64,000 nt of DNA, from NCBI GenBank assembly GCA_951406725.2, contig OX597839.1:36704001-36768000 (forward strand), given 5' to 3'. Origin of the DNA: Octopus vulgaris (lineage: Eukaryota). The position numbers and the translations under genes were made by a program. How positions within the stretch are numbered: the stretch's first letter is position 1; every line of letters begins with the position of its first letter. Below are positions 1-12,908 of the stretch, piece after piece. The notes beneath the pieces were generated by a model. The model saw nothing but the letters and a program-made list of their open reading frames with translations, was not told the DNA's origin and made no database searches.

Positions 1-69
1 GTACTAAAAGGGTTAAGACTGGTTAGCCTTGGAAACTTCTACATAGTAGTGACTTATTTCTTTCTCAAA

Positions 70-255
70 GCTGAATTGATCAAAGATTTAGGGAAGAAAT
101 TTAAAAGTTGGAAGCAAAATCTAGAAAGCAAACCTAGCAAAGATGAAAAGTTTTGAGCCATCAGGAGACAAGACCGGACCTTACTTCAATTAAGGAAGTG
201 GCCACAACTGATGATGTGACCACTTCCTAATGTATAAAGGGAGTTGGTAGGACTG
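70..255 (+). mobile_element. Highly decayed RTE LINE fragment (post-YADD region)
   Basis: Translates in part to KDLGKKFKSWKQNLESK and KWP...KGVGR, matching the RTE remnants at 14441-14860 and 39531-40460. Confidence 0.5.
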
Positions 256-1151
256 CTGTAATGTATAATCATAGGAGAGATGTTGTGGGATCACAGGCAA
301 GGTGATAGAAAAGGTTCATTTCTTATATGGCAGATTGTACTGGGGGTCAGTTACTTAGATGGAGCGGAGCGTTTTGTAATAGAGTGGGGGGGATACAAAG
401 GAGGGGAATGGGTGTGTTGTAATGAAGAGATAGGAAGGAGGGAGGGTGTGTGTGTGTGTGGGGGGGGTTGTAAAGAGGTGGTAGGAAGGAGGGTGGGGTG
501 TGTGTTGTAATGGAGGGTTTAGGTGGGGGTGAACAAACAGTTAAAGGAAAATGAATTTTTTCAAATTAATCCTGGAATATATATTTCAGTAATGAAATAA
601 AATGGCAAATTTTGTATTGTCTTTGAAAAATGGAACATCCAAAAACATGGTCTCATATAGACAGACACACACACACACACGCACACACATGCATATGCAA
701 ATTCATTCACTGACACATACACATAGTTACAAGGGTAGATGCATACACCCACACACATATGCATACACACACACATAAATACACAGGAAGGACAGACAAA
801 CGCATAGACTGAGCCACAGGAAGGACACTCACATACACACACACACACACACACAAAAGTCTGCTCTGCCAGAAGTAGGTCTTTGTGATTTCCCATGGAT
901 AGTTTAATTTAAAAAAATTAACTTATTTCTGTGTTAACATTGTCACATAACCTGGCCAATATGGAAGTTATATTAGAGATTATATTTATTTCTCATTACA
1001 CTTGATGAGCAATAGTGTTATTCAAGGGAATATCTGCAACTCAGTGCAGAGCAAATATATCAAGGGGCTTCGTTCTTGAAGCCCCAGTTTTTTTGTGGGT
1101 TTTGTAACTGGTGCATAGTTTCATAATTGATATGCATCAATGAAAAATACA

Positions 1152-1673
1152 CAGGTGCAGGCGTGGCTGTGGGGTAACAAGCTTGCTTCTCAACCACATG
1201 GTTCCAGGTTCAGTCCCACTGCTTGGCATCTTGGGCAAGTGTCTTCTACTAGAGACTTAGGCCAACCAAAGTCTTGTGAGTGGATTTGGTAGACGGAAAC
1301 TGAAAGAAGCCTGTCATGTATATATATATATATATACATGTGATACCAGTGCTGGTGGCACGTAAGAGAACCATTCGAACGTGGCCATAGCACCATCCGA
1401 TTGTGGTCGTTTGCCAGCCTTGTCTGGCACCTGTGCCGGTGACACGTAAAAAGCACCCACTACACTCACGGAGTGGTTGGCGTTAGGAAGAGCATCCAGC
1501 CGTAGAAACATTGCCAGATCAGACTGGGCCTGGTACAGCCTCCTGGCTTCCCAGACCCCAGTTGAACCGTCCAACCCATGCTAGCATGGAAAGCGGATGT
1601 TAAACGATGATGATGATGTATGTGTATGTTTGTGTGTCTGTTTGTCCTCTTACCATCACTTGACAACCGATGT
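1152..1673 (+). mobile_element. SINE family A (tRNA head + CORE-like CCTTGGGCAAGT), 3'-truncated, with nested family-B insert
   Basis: A-box-like GTGGCTGTGGGGT and B-box GGTTCAGTCCC; body matches the copies at 14955 and 55855; the internal microsatellite is interrupted at 1340-1619. Confidence 0.85.
1340..1619 (+). mobile_element. Family B: 5'-truncated RTE LINE 3' UTR with (GAT)n tail
   Basis: Co-linear with 53107-53436, which directly follows an RTE ORF; ends CCATGCTAGCATGG...AAACGATGATGATG. Confidence 0.85.
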
Positions 1674-1729
1674 TTTCTCTCAGGGTAGAAAACTGAGGGC
1701 CACAATATCCTGTGTGTCCATTACTGATA

Positions 1730-1998
1730 GCTGTAGGATGTGATTTGTGGGAGATTTGGCTATTATGTCTAGCAAGTCAAATGACCATATCAAGGCTTCT
1801 TTGTGAGTTATTTAGTCTGTTGCTGTTCCATCAATTGTACTAACTTTCCACCCAACTCCAGCTGTACTCCACCTGTTTAATTTATTTACACCTGCTTACT
1901 AGCAGGTGTAAATAATTGTTTCTGAAGTGAATACCTTTGGTCATAAGTCCACTGGATCAGAACTGACTTGGGGCTAAACACCACCAACAACAACAACA
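1730..1998. mobile_element. Two fragments of old dispersed repeat family F
   Basis: The motifs GTGATTTG..GAGATTTGGCT.TT..TCTAGC and GGGGCTAAACA(ACA)n recur at 34960-36960 and 50270-51900. Confidence 0.55.
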
Positions 1999-2066
1999 AT
2001 ACTACGATTGTCACCGCCAACACTAATGCTACCACCACCACCAACAACAACAACATTGCTAACACC

Positions 2067-2290
2067 TATTTCTTTACTACCTACAAGGGGCTACACAGAG
2101 AGGGGACAAGCAAGGACAGACAAACGGATTAAGTCGATTATATCGACCCAGTGCGTAACTGGTACTTATTTAATCGACCCCGAAAGGATGAAAGGCAAAG
2201 TTGACCTCGGCGGAATTTGAACTCAGAACGCAGCGGCAGACGAAATACCCCTCAGCACTTCACCTGGCGTGCTAACATTTCTGCCACCAC
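2067..2290 (-). mobile_element. SINE family C (tRNA head + Meta/MESC-like central domain), 22-bp target-site duplication
   Basis: Reverse complement of 28176-28407; flanked by CAACAACAACATTGCTAACACC at 2045-2066 and 2291-2312. Confidence 0.85.
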
Positions 2291-3021
2291 CAACAACAAC
2301 ATTGCTAACACCACCACCACCACCACTACCACCTTACCCACCACCACCAATATCATTAACATCACCACTACCACTGCTGCTCTCACTACATCAACTGTTC
2401 TCTCTTACAACAAAAGAAAGCACATTGGATCATGTAACTCTGGGTGCACTCTGCCAGAAAAAAAAAAGAAAAGAAAAAGGACCAGTTGGACACAGCTGAA
2501 ATACCTTTGATCCTAAACCTCCTTGATCACAGCTGATCCAAGGCTTAACAAGAACCACGGGTCAACAACACTAGCTATAAAAACAATCACAGTTTATTAC
2601 TTTATTGAACTTGATTGACAGATTTAAATTGAAACCAGGGATGGCTTAAGTCAAACAGACCGTAGTGGAGGTGGTGTTGTGTCTGAAGATTTGAAGATCT
2701 ATTATTTGTGTAATAGTAAACTTATTAACCCTGTTTACTAACCTACATTATCAAATGTCACAAACGTGACATTATTTCTCCGTCCACCCTCTCTTGCTTT
2801 TCTGCTTTTTCTCTGTTGCTCCTCCACTGTTTCTTCCGCACACTGCAGATATTATATTACATTACATCACATACAGTTACTTTGTTCCTTTTGTAAAACG
2901 AAAATTAGGCTTTTGTGTGGTGTGGTAATTAGAGAGAAATGATGCAGCATTATAAAGTAAAACAAAGGTTGAAAGGTTGGCGAACTTGCATCCATGTAAC
3001 CACTCACTCAAGCACATGTGT

Positions 3022-3186
3022 ATCATCATCATCATCATCGTTTAACGTCTGTTTTCCATGCTGGCATGGGTTGGACGGTTTGACTGGGGTCTGGGAAGCC
3101 AGGAGGCTGCACCAAGCTCCAGTCTGATCTAGCAAGGTTTCTACAGCTGGATGCCCTTCCTAATGCCAATCACTCCGAGAGTGTAA
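3022..3186 (-). mobile_element. Family B RTE 3' UTR fragment
   Basis: (CAT)n followed by GTTTAACGTC...GGATGCCCTTCCTAATGCCAA. Confidence 0.85.
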
Positions 3187-3224
<38 letters not shown>

Positions 3225-3225
<1 letters not shown>

Positions 3226-3533
3226 CACGTTATCACGTGACTGACCAGGCTATTAGATGTTGCTACACATCACTGGTCACAATGCACTTCGCATTGTTTT
3301 AGCCTTCAAATGACGACACCCCACTGGATAAGCGAGCAGGCCAACAGAAGAAAGAGTGAGAGAAAGTTGCGGTGAAAGAGTACAGCAGGGATCGCCACCA
3401 CCCCCTGCCGGAGCCTCGTGGAGCTTTAGGTGTTTTTGCTCAATAAACACTCACAACGCCCAGTCTGGGAATCAAAACCGTGATCCTATGACCGCGAGTC
3501 TGCTGCCCTAACCACTGGGCCATTGCGCCTCCA
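3225..3533 (-). mobile_element. SINE family D, tail type 1 (tRNA-derived; OR-like)
   Basis: Minus strand begins GGAGGCGCAATGGCCCAGTGGTTAGGGCAGCAGACTCGCGG with a B-box-like GGTTTTGATTCCC; about 180 bp of head shared with the copies at 7721 and 15978. Confidence 0.85.
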
Positions 3534-4712
3534 CCTATATATGTGTGTGTGTGTGTGTGTGTGCATACATATGGTGGCCAAATGCATAGTGTTTACGTCC
3601 CCGTAACTTAGTGGTTCAGCTCAATTTAGATGCTTGCAATAGAACTAGCTCTTCTTAAGGGCCAGGTGGTGCTGTTAGAAAGGGAACATGCAAGGTAAGA
3701 CACTCCTATGCTTCTGCGCAAGAAAACAGACAGCAAAACAAGTTGTGTGTGTGTGTGGGGGGGTAGGGGGGGTTGAGGAATGAAGCGAGATATGATACAC
3801 TGGGAAAAGATACACCAACATGAAGTCGTTCAAGTAATTTTATAAACGAGATTTTATTGTTTCACTCAGCTTTTCAGCTTGTTAGTTAAAATTTTAGTGT
3901 GTGTTTCTGAATGTGTGTCTGTGAGTATATATAAGTGTGTGTGTGTGTGTGTGAGTGTGTTGCTTGCTTTATATGTGTTTGTGTGTATGTACGTGTGTAA
4001 ATATGTAACAGTGAGTGTATGTGTATGGGTGAGTGCATGTAAGTGAGTGTGTATTTATTTGATTGAATGTATGGCTCTGTGTGAGTCTGTGTGTGTCTGT
4101 ATATAAGTATGCATGTATGTGTATACATGTGTGTGTGTGTGTGTGTGTATTATCCTCAATAGATGATATTCTATCAGCAATTGAAAATTGTTCAATTATC
4201 ACAACCATTCCAACTCAATTTCTCATCTCCAAACATCATTTATTTTTTTTATAATGCCTATTTTTCAATTTTGTGTCTTTTTACTGAAATAATTTTACAG
4301 TTTTCTATTATGGAAATCAAATATATCTCACACACTCATACGCATATAGACGTATATGCACTTGTATGTATAAGAGCGAGTGTGTTTACATATGTGTGTG
4401 TAGATAACATATATTCACACAGATATCAGTATCTACGCATGTGTGTGAATGCATGTGTATAGTTATGCACATACATATATACACACGTGTGTGTGTGTGT
4501 GTATATGCGTGTGTAAAAATGTGTATATATATATATTTATTTATCTGTATGTATATTGCATATGTATGTCTTGGCATATTCTGCATTATGGAATTTTATT
4601 TCCCTTGGTTTCCTGAAGTTAAAGAGAGGATACATCTTGCATTATGGGGCTTCATGTTAATACAAGATTTTCATAAATATAACAACATTGCCCTCATAAA
4701 AGGGATGCCAAC

Positions 4713-4752
<40 letters not shown>

Positions 4753-4761
4753 ATGTGTGTG

Positions 4762-4794
<33 letters not shown>

Positions 4795-5685
4795 GCACAT
4801 ACACACGCATGATTCTTATTTATATATTGTACACTTCTTTGATTTTTATTGCTTTATATTTCTACACTTTTTTAGTCATGCTTTCACTCTCTTTTGTGTC
4901 ACAAGTTACAAGGTGTCCCCAACAGTGTAGGTACCACAACACATGTATCACCATTAATGTGTGCGTGGCACATGTTTTGAGTAAGCTGTATCTATTGAAT
5001 TATGAGTAAAATCCACCTGATGGGCCTTTATGCAGTTCACTCGAGGCTATAGAAAATGACATTTTCTCAAGATGCCATGAAGTAGGATAAAACAGGAGAC
5101 ATCGTGGCTGAAAGGCAAACCTCTTAACCACCCACCCTTGTGCACCTACAATTCATACACATAGTCAGTCGCACACACACATACACGTGCATGCATAGTA
5201 TGTTCGTGTGATCCAAAGATCCTGGTGTAGGAAGCTGGTAAGCCTAAATCATGTATACAGCTAGTATAGATGGCAAAAGATGGACAATATATGATAAAAA
5301 GAGTTTATTAACCGCTGTAAATTACACATTTTGTCCCATATTGAAATCAATGGAGATTTCAATAAGCTGATAGTTGCCATACAACTTGCAGTTTAGCATC
5401 TGAAGTTGTTAGAAATGTGAATGAAATTCCAAGTTTGTAAGGAATGGAAAAGTTAAATAAAGACTACAAATGTTTCATAGCTAAAACAATATTTGTGATG
5501 TAACATGTAACAGGCATAAAATTTGCTTCGCTAATCTTTAGGTCTTATTACTTTCAGGCAGTTTATAAGTTGTGTAACAAACATTACTTTACCTATGAAA
5601 CATTTGAAGTCTTTATTTATCTTTTTCCTTCCTTTCATTCTTAGATTTTTACACACATATATGTGTATGTATGTACACACACAAA

Positions 5686-5825
5686 TCTATATCTATCTAT
5701 CTATCTATCTATCTATATCATCCATCCATCCATCCATCCACCCACCCACCCACCCACCCACCCACTCACCCACTCACCTAACTATCTATCCAGCTATCTA
5801 TCCATCCATCCATCAATCTACCTAC

Positions 5826-5865
<40 letters not shown>

Positions 5866-5930
5866 TCATCTATCTATCTATTCATCTATCTATCTATTCA
5901 TCTATCTATCTATCTATCTATCCATCTATA
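5686..5930. repeat. Compound tetranucleotide microsatellite (TCTA/TCCA/CCCA)
   Basis: Directly visible. Confidence 0.95.
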
Positions 5931-6261
5931 CACGCTCATACACGCTCATACACAAACACACAAATACCTACATATGTACATATTTATAAAATGTATATAT
6001 ATATGTGATATATGTATGTATGTATAGAATAATTATATATTTCCTTGTTGTTATTGATAAGTAACCCAACAAAGATATGACAATGCTTAAATGGAAAAGA
6101 AAGAGGATGATGGCTAAGACGTGTCAGAACATACTCTCAAGGTACAGCAAAGGGCTCATAAGGGAACAGTACGGGAGGGTAAGCAATATAGGAATATGAG
6201 AGGAGAGTGGTAGATGGGGATAGAGATGGGGGTTGAGAGAAATGCAGTGAGTGAAGACTTA

Positions 6262-6470
6262 TAAATATCAACTGCTGTTTCAGAAGTTTAAAAATGGCAG
6301 TTGTGATCCCTGGAAGATGAACCACAATGAATAACGAATATTTGAGAGAAATAGTTGAGTCATTCTCTTGTCAAAGCACCAGAGATTCTCCATAGAAACT
6401 TGGAATGAGATAGTCAAGCTCAGCTGTTTGGACATTGAAGATTTGGCATGGCTGACTGGACATTCAGCCT
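6262..6470 (+). mobile_element. Decayed mariner transposase N-terminal fragment
   Basis: Across frameshifts reads FQKFKNG..LEDEP..NEYLREIVE..QSTR, resembling the mariner FKSGDFSLEDEPRSGRP region. Confidence 0.45.
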
Positions 6471-7284
6471 GTTTTAGTGACAGAGCCACCTCTCTCTCTG
6501 TCTCTAGGGAGAGGAAGAGACATTACAATTTGTTAATTGAACACAATTGGCACAAACACATGCCCTCCCCTCTTACTCAGGGAAAGAAATATGCTCACAC
6601 TGATACAAACAGAGAGAGGGGAAGAGGAGGGAGAGAGGCTTTAAAATTTATTAATTGAAGGTGATTGACATAAACACTTTTTCTCTCGTCTACAGACAGA
6701 ATTATGCTCATACACATAAACAGTGAGATAAACATGTTCTCTCCCCTCAAACACATCAAGAAATATGCTAATGTACATAAAGAAAGAGGTGGAGGAGAGA
6801 TATAAAAATGATGTCAAATGAGTCCTCATCAGATCAGTGGCACCAATTTGGATGTTTCCAAACCTCTCAAACCCACAGAAACTGAATTTGCCAAATTCAA
6901 TTGTTTGTGAATATCTCCCATGAATTGAAGGAAATTACAAAGTGGATATTTAGTTACCTCATGAAGCTTGTGTTTGAAAATTGAACCATTTGTAGAAGTC
7001 TCATCATGAGGAAAACAAATCTCTTGTTTCTGCACTGCATCCTATAGTGATAGTAAAAATGGCTCACACCCTGGACCCTTTTTATCCAATGCCATCCACC
7101 TTTCTTAATACTGTTTTCTGTCCTCTCCACTTATTTTTACATTGATCACCCTATGAGCCAACAAATTATCTCTCTTCTACCAGCTATTACTATGTCTATA
7201 TAACCACATTGCTCCCTCATATCTCCTTCTCTTTCTCCCATCCTCTCTTTTTCTTATCCTTTTTACTGTATTATCATTATTATT

Positions 7285-7680
7285 GAGGTGAAGAGCTGGC
7301 ACAGTTGTTGGCATACCAGACAAAATGCTCAGCAGCCATTATTCTAGCTCTTCATATTCTGAGTTCAGATACGGCCACAGTCAGTTTTGCCTATCATCGT
7401 TTTAGGGTCAGTGAAATAAAATGCCATTTGGGCACTGGGGTTAATGTAATCAAATAACCCCTTACACACAAAATATCAGGCCTTGTACCTCATCATCATC
7501 ATCATTGTTTAACGTCCGTTTTCCATGCTAGCATGGGTTGGATGGTTCAACTGGGGTCTGGGAAGCCAGAAGGCTGCACCAGGCCCAGTCTGATCTGGCA
7601 GTGTTTCTACAGCTGGGTGCCCTTCCTAACGCCAACCACTTCGTGAGTGTAGTGGGTGCTTTTTACGTGCCACCTGCACC
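7285..7680. mobile_element. Degenerate SINE C (+, 7285-7490) abutting a family-B tail (-, 7490-7680)
   Basis: GAGCTGGCA...GAGTTCAGATAC...TTTGCCTATCATC, then (CAT)n and the B consensus. Confidence 0.75.
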
Positions 7681-7720
7681 AAATGTGGCTCGTACCTAAT
7701 GTAAAAAATAATTATTATTA

Positions 7721-8098
7721 GTTTGGAAGCACTCCGTCGGTTCCGACGACGAGGGTTCCGGTTGATCCGATCAACGGAACAGCCTGCTCGTGAAATTAAC
7801 GTGTAAGTGGCTGAGCTCTCCACAGACACGTGTACCCTTAGCGTAGTTCTCGGGGATATTCAGCGTGACACAGAGAGTGACAAGGCTGGCCCTTTGAAAT
7901 ACAGGTACAACAGAAACAGAAAATAAGAGTGAGAGAAAGTTGTGGTGAAAGAGTACAGCAGGGATCACCACCATCCCCTGCCGGAGCCTCGTGGAGCTTT
8001 AGGTGTTTTCGCTCAATAAACACTCACAACGCCCGGTCTGGGAATCGAAACCGCGATCCTACGACCGCGAATCCGCTGCCCTAACCACTGCGCCTCCA
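7721..8098 (-). mobile_element. SINE family D, tail type 2
   Basis: Near-identical to the reverse complement of 15978-16359; AATTATTAT on both flanks. Confidence 0.9.
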
Positions 8099-8409
8099 AT
8101 TATTATAAGTGTTCTGTTACTCTTCCCTCGCATCCTTTTCCTTCCCTGTTCCTCTCATCTCCTTTCTTCTACCTTCTCCCAACACACACGTATCATTAGT
8201 CACCCATCAAATCTTATCCAGTTTCTACAGTTATCACCTACTTTGTGGACTTATGAAAAATATATGCTGAGATGTAATGAGTTGCAGCAGTTCAGGCCTA
8301 TTGAACACAGCGGCATGAGATTGGAGTTGCCAGAGAGAAACATTCAATTTGAATATATTACACAGACAGACAAACATATTTGCAAGCATCCAAATACCAC
8401 ATATACTAC

Positions 8410-8580
8410 ATACACACACACACAAATACACATACATATTTATATATGCATACAGTAGTTTGAATCTTTACACACACACACACAAATACACATACATATA
8501 TACAAAAACATATATATAATATACATACAGTTGTTTGAATCTTTACACACACACACACACACACACATACATATATACAA

Positions 8581-8617
<37 letters not shown>

Positions 8618-8706
8618 CAGCAGTTTGAATCTTCACACACACACACACAAATACACATACATATATACAAATACATATATATAATATACATACAGTTGTT
8701 TGAATC

Positions 8707-8744
<38 letters not shown>

Positions 8745-8770
8745 ATACATGCACACACACACACACACAC
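8410..8770. repeat. Compound minisatellite, 4 units (75/90/75-bp spacing)
   Basis: Anchor CATACAGTTGTTTGAATCTTT (minor variants) at 8449, 8524, 8614 and 8689, separated by (CA)/(TA) runs. Confidence 0.9.
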
Positions 8771-8944
8771 AGTACATTCATGTGTGTGTGTGGTTATCTA
8801 AGCACTGATTTTGTCTCTATTTCCTGTGAACATAAAATGTTCAGCATTTCAAATGCAAGTCATGGGATGAAGTATATTATTTTTACATATGTATGTTTAT
8901 ATGTGTGTATATATACATGTATGTGTGAGTGTATGTGTTTACAC

Positions 8945-8983
<39 letters not shown>

Positions 8984-9133
8984 ACATGCACAATATACAC
9001 ACAGCCAATGAAGCCTTACTGTATTGGAATGAATAAGTTTTCTATTCTGACACTGTTTATAAAGCTGTAAATGTTTTTATTTATAAATAATGTACCACAG
9101 TTTTCTCAGCCATGAAATTCTATGCAACACACA

Positions 9134-9198
<65 letters not shown>

Positions 9199-9287
9199 CA
9201 AATTATCCAATTCATGCCTGTATGATGGTGATAATGACTTATACACATGCATATAAATGTGTGTGTATATGTAAAAATGTGTGTGTG

Positions 9288-9403
<116 letters not shown>

Positions 9404-9839
9404 TATATATATACTCATATACATAAATATATGTACATGTATAAATATATGTTTGTGTATGTATTTATAAGTAAGTGTGTATGTGTGTGTATACACAAAC
9501 GCACGCACACACACACACACACACATGTATACATGTATATAAATGATGATGATGATGATGATGATGATATGTATATACAAACACATTTACATGTGTTTAT
9601 GTTTGTGTCCATGTTTGAAAGGGATGCTTGGAGGGGGTCAGTTTGATTACAACAACAACAACAACAGTAACAGCATAATAACAAAAATATGTGATGATGA
9701 TGATGATGGTGGTTACTGTGATGGTCGCAGTGATGAGGGGAGGACGGGGCGGGGCAGGGTGGGGTGGTCGAAAAGAAACAGAAAAAAGGGGAGGAAATGC
9801 ATGGAAGGAGGGGGACAAGTGGAATGGTGATGATAATGA

Positions 9840-10280
9840 TTTCTAAGTTTGGCACAAGGCCAGCAATTTTTTTGGGGGGCGGGGATGGGAGATGGGGAGA
9901 GGTGTAAGCCAATTACATTGACACCTTCCACCCCGCCACCAGTACTTATTGCATCAACCCCCAAAAAGAATGAAAGGCAAAGTTGACCTCAGCGGAATTT
10001 GTGGAACAACAACAACAACAATAATAATAATAATAATAATAATATTAATAACATCATCAACAATGATAATAATACTAATCATAATTATAATAATGATGAT
10101 AATAATTTTTCTATTTATTGACCACCACCCCCCAGTACTTGACTGGTACTTTGTCAACACAAAAAGGGTGAAAGATAAAGTCAGCCCGAGTGCGATTTGA
10201 ACTCGGAATGTAAAGGGTTGGAAGAAATTCCATTAAGGCATCTTAACCAATGTGCAGCAAATAATTCTGCCAACTCACTG
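9840..10280 (-). mobile_element. Two degenerate SINE C fragments separated by (AAT)n
   Basis: GAATGAAAGGCAAAGTTGACCTCAGCGGAATTTG at ~9968-10001, and a second copy at ~10125-10280. Confidence 0.7.
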
Positions 10281-10410
10281 TTTTTTTGATTATTAATTAT
10301 AACGATGACTGCATCCTTTAAGGCCCTCATGCTTTCCGAAATCCGCCGAAACTACACCTGATTATATATACACTTTAGATGAGTTGTGGTGCACCTGAGC
10401 ACTGTACACA

Positions 10411-10446
<36 letters not shown>

Positions 10447-10727
10447 AGAAGAAGAAGAAGAAAAGATTGAAGAAGAAGAAGAAGAAGCATTGGAAGAGAA
10501 GATGAAGGAGAAGAGAGTGAAGGAATTCACAAGCATCATCATCATCATCATCTCTACCAAAAACAACAACTACAACAGTAGCTGCAACAAGAAGAACAGG
10601 AGCGATGACAGCAACGACAACAACATCAACAACAACAAAAATAGCAATATCATCATCTACGACAGCAACAACAACAACAGCAGCAGCACAGAGAATAAAC
10701 AGAGAGGATGATGGCAATGATGACAGC

Positions 10728-10761
<34 letters not shown>

Positions 10762-10870
10762 ATAATGATAATAATGACAGCAAGAAGGACAGCACTAACA
10801 ACAACAACATCGATGACCGCAAGCAACACCGACACCAACAAGAACAACAAAAAGAATTCGTCAACAATAA
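10411..10870. repeat. Mosaic trinucleotide tract (TTA, GAA, CAT, CAA, CAG, GAT)
   Basis: Directly visible; source of the 202-aa and 93-aa low-complexity ORFs. Confidence 0.9.
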
Positions 10871-10887
10871 TGGTCGTAAATGTTGAG

Positions 10888-10972
10888 TGAAGAATTCTGC
10901 AGCTAAGCTATATATAAATACATATATGTATATATAGATATATATATGCATATATATATATATATATATATG

Positions 10973-11014
<42 letters not shown>

Positions 11015-11183
11015 TATGCATATATTGATATTGTTGATGTTACACAACACACATTGAAGAATTCTGCAGCTAAGCTATATATAAATACATGTATGTATGT
11101 ATATATGCATATATATATGTGTGTGTATATGCATATGCATATATTGATATTGTTGATGTTACACAACACACATTGAAGAATTC
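10888..11183. repeat. Tandem duplication (167-bp and 119-bp units) with variable internal (TA)n
   Basis: TGAAGAATTC at 10888, 11055 and 11174; the non-microsatellite parts of the two units are essentially identical. Confidence 0.9.
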
Positions 11184-12205
11184 ATAACAAATGACACTAA
11201 CCTGGCTGCTGGAATGAGTCTGCGAGCAAAAGAATTCAAATGCTGTGCGTGTGAAAATGGTAAATTTCGCTACACCTTGGACAAGTGCAACAACATGCAG
11301 ATACTGCTTATTATTAATTCACTCGCTTTCCCCGTCTCTTTCTCTCCTTCCTTGCTTCCTTCCTTCTTTCCTTCCTTCCTTCCTTTCTTACTTTCAGTGT
11401 TTCCGTTTAGCGGTGTGCTTTATTTCGTGTGTGTGTGTGTGTGTGTGATTCTCCTGGCAGCCGTATGTCATCTACATCAAACATCTGGTGGACGTCTGCT
11501 AGCAGACACAACTCCAGATGTCTCCTCACACTGACACAGGCACCAGGCACCAGCTATAATAATATTATTGCCATTCCGTTGCTGCTGCTGGTGGTGGTGG
11601 CAGTGGCGGTGACAGTGAAGATGGAAGTTGTCGTGTTGGTGGTGGTGGTGGTGGTGGTGGTGGTGGTGGTGGTGGTGGTATGCTGCTTGCTTACACTCTC
11701 CTTCTCTCTCTCTTTCTCTCTTTGATTATACCTTCACTGATATTACCACCACTGCAATGCAGGGTGGGTTACCTCAACTATACACCTTCACTCTTGCCAT
11801 TACACCTGGGATGATAGGCAGGCAGGTGGGTGACCTCAGGTACTAAGCTCTACTGTTGCTGCTACTGCAGTAGTGGTAAGTGGCTTACCTCAGTAACTTA
11901 TCATTAGTCGTTTAGTGGTGGGTAAGGTAACCTCAATACCTTACCTCAGTTGCTCTTACTCCTGTAGGCATGGCAGGTGGGTTGGGTTACCTCAATAACT
12001 TACCTCTAACATTGTTACACTATTTCAGTAATGGGTGGGTTATCTCATAAATTTACCTCTACTGCTGTTACTATTGTAGTTCTTGGTGGGTAGGTTACCT
12101 CAGAATGTCCCAAGAATTGTTACCACAGTAACAGTAGGTGAACTAACAGAACAAAATTACTTTTGGTGTTGTTACTGCATGTGGAAGTTACCTCAGCTTC
12201 TGGTT

Positions 12206-12613
12206 CTCTTTTACTCTTTTACTTGTTTCAGTCATTTGACTGCGGCCATGCTGGAGCACCGCCTTTAGTCGAGCAACTCGACCCCGGGGACTTATTCTTT
12301 TGTAAGCCCAGTACTTATTCTATCGGTCTCTTTTGACGAACCGCTAAGTAACGGGGACATAAACACACCAGCATCGGTTGTCAAACAATGCCAGGGGGAC
12401 AAACACAGACACACAAACATACACACACACACATATATATACATATATACGACGGGCTTCTTTCAGTTTCCGTCTACCGAATCCACTCACAAGGCTTTGG
12501 TCGGCCCGAGGCTATAGTAGAAGACACTTGCCCAAGGTGCCACACAGTGGGACTGAACCTGGAACCATGTTGTTGGTAAACAAGCTACTTACGACACAGC
12601 CACTCCTGCGCCT
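12206..12613 (-). mobile_element. SINE A, full length
   Basis: Complete from the AGGCGCAGGAGTGGCTGTG head to the (AAAGAGTA)n tail on the minus strand. Confidence 0.92.
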
Positions 12614-12908
12614 GATTGTCCTATATTTACTCATATATTTACCCAAGAAGGGTGGGTTACTTCTCTAACCTATATCTAATGTTGTTACAACAATTGTGAG
12701 TGTGGGTAAACTCAGTAACTTAACCCTAGTCTTGCCACCAAAATGATAGTGGGTAGTCTACCCCAATAACTTGTTACTGCCACATTACAAGTGTGTTATC
12801 ACCTGTTGCTTGTTGTCTTACCTCAAGTATTGTTACCCCTTGTGGTTAAGAGGTTTATCTCATTATGACTTGACTTTATCATGGCTATCACAGCAATGGA
12901 GGGTTGGA

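Noticed and set aside
5010-5056. Possible hammerhead (CCTGATGGGCCT...AGGCTATAGAAA)
   Set aside because: The core does not match CTGANGA...GAAA with a closed stem II.
10442-11050. 202-aa hydrophobic ORF and the poly-N/poly-T ORFs on the opposite strand
   Set aside because: Produced by trinucleotide mosaics; no domain or splice support.
11745-12200. CRISPR-like look of conserved core plus variable spacer (also 8449-8710, 19644-19850, 56920-57230)
   Set aside because: Eukaryotic context, degenerate repeats, spacers related to each other, and no cas genes.
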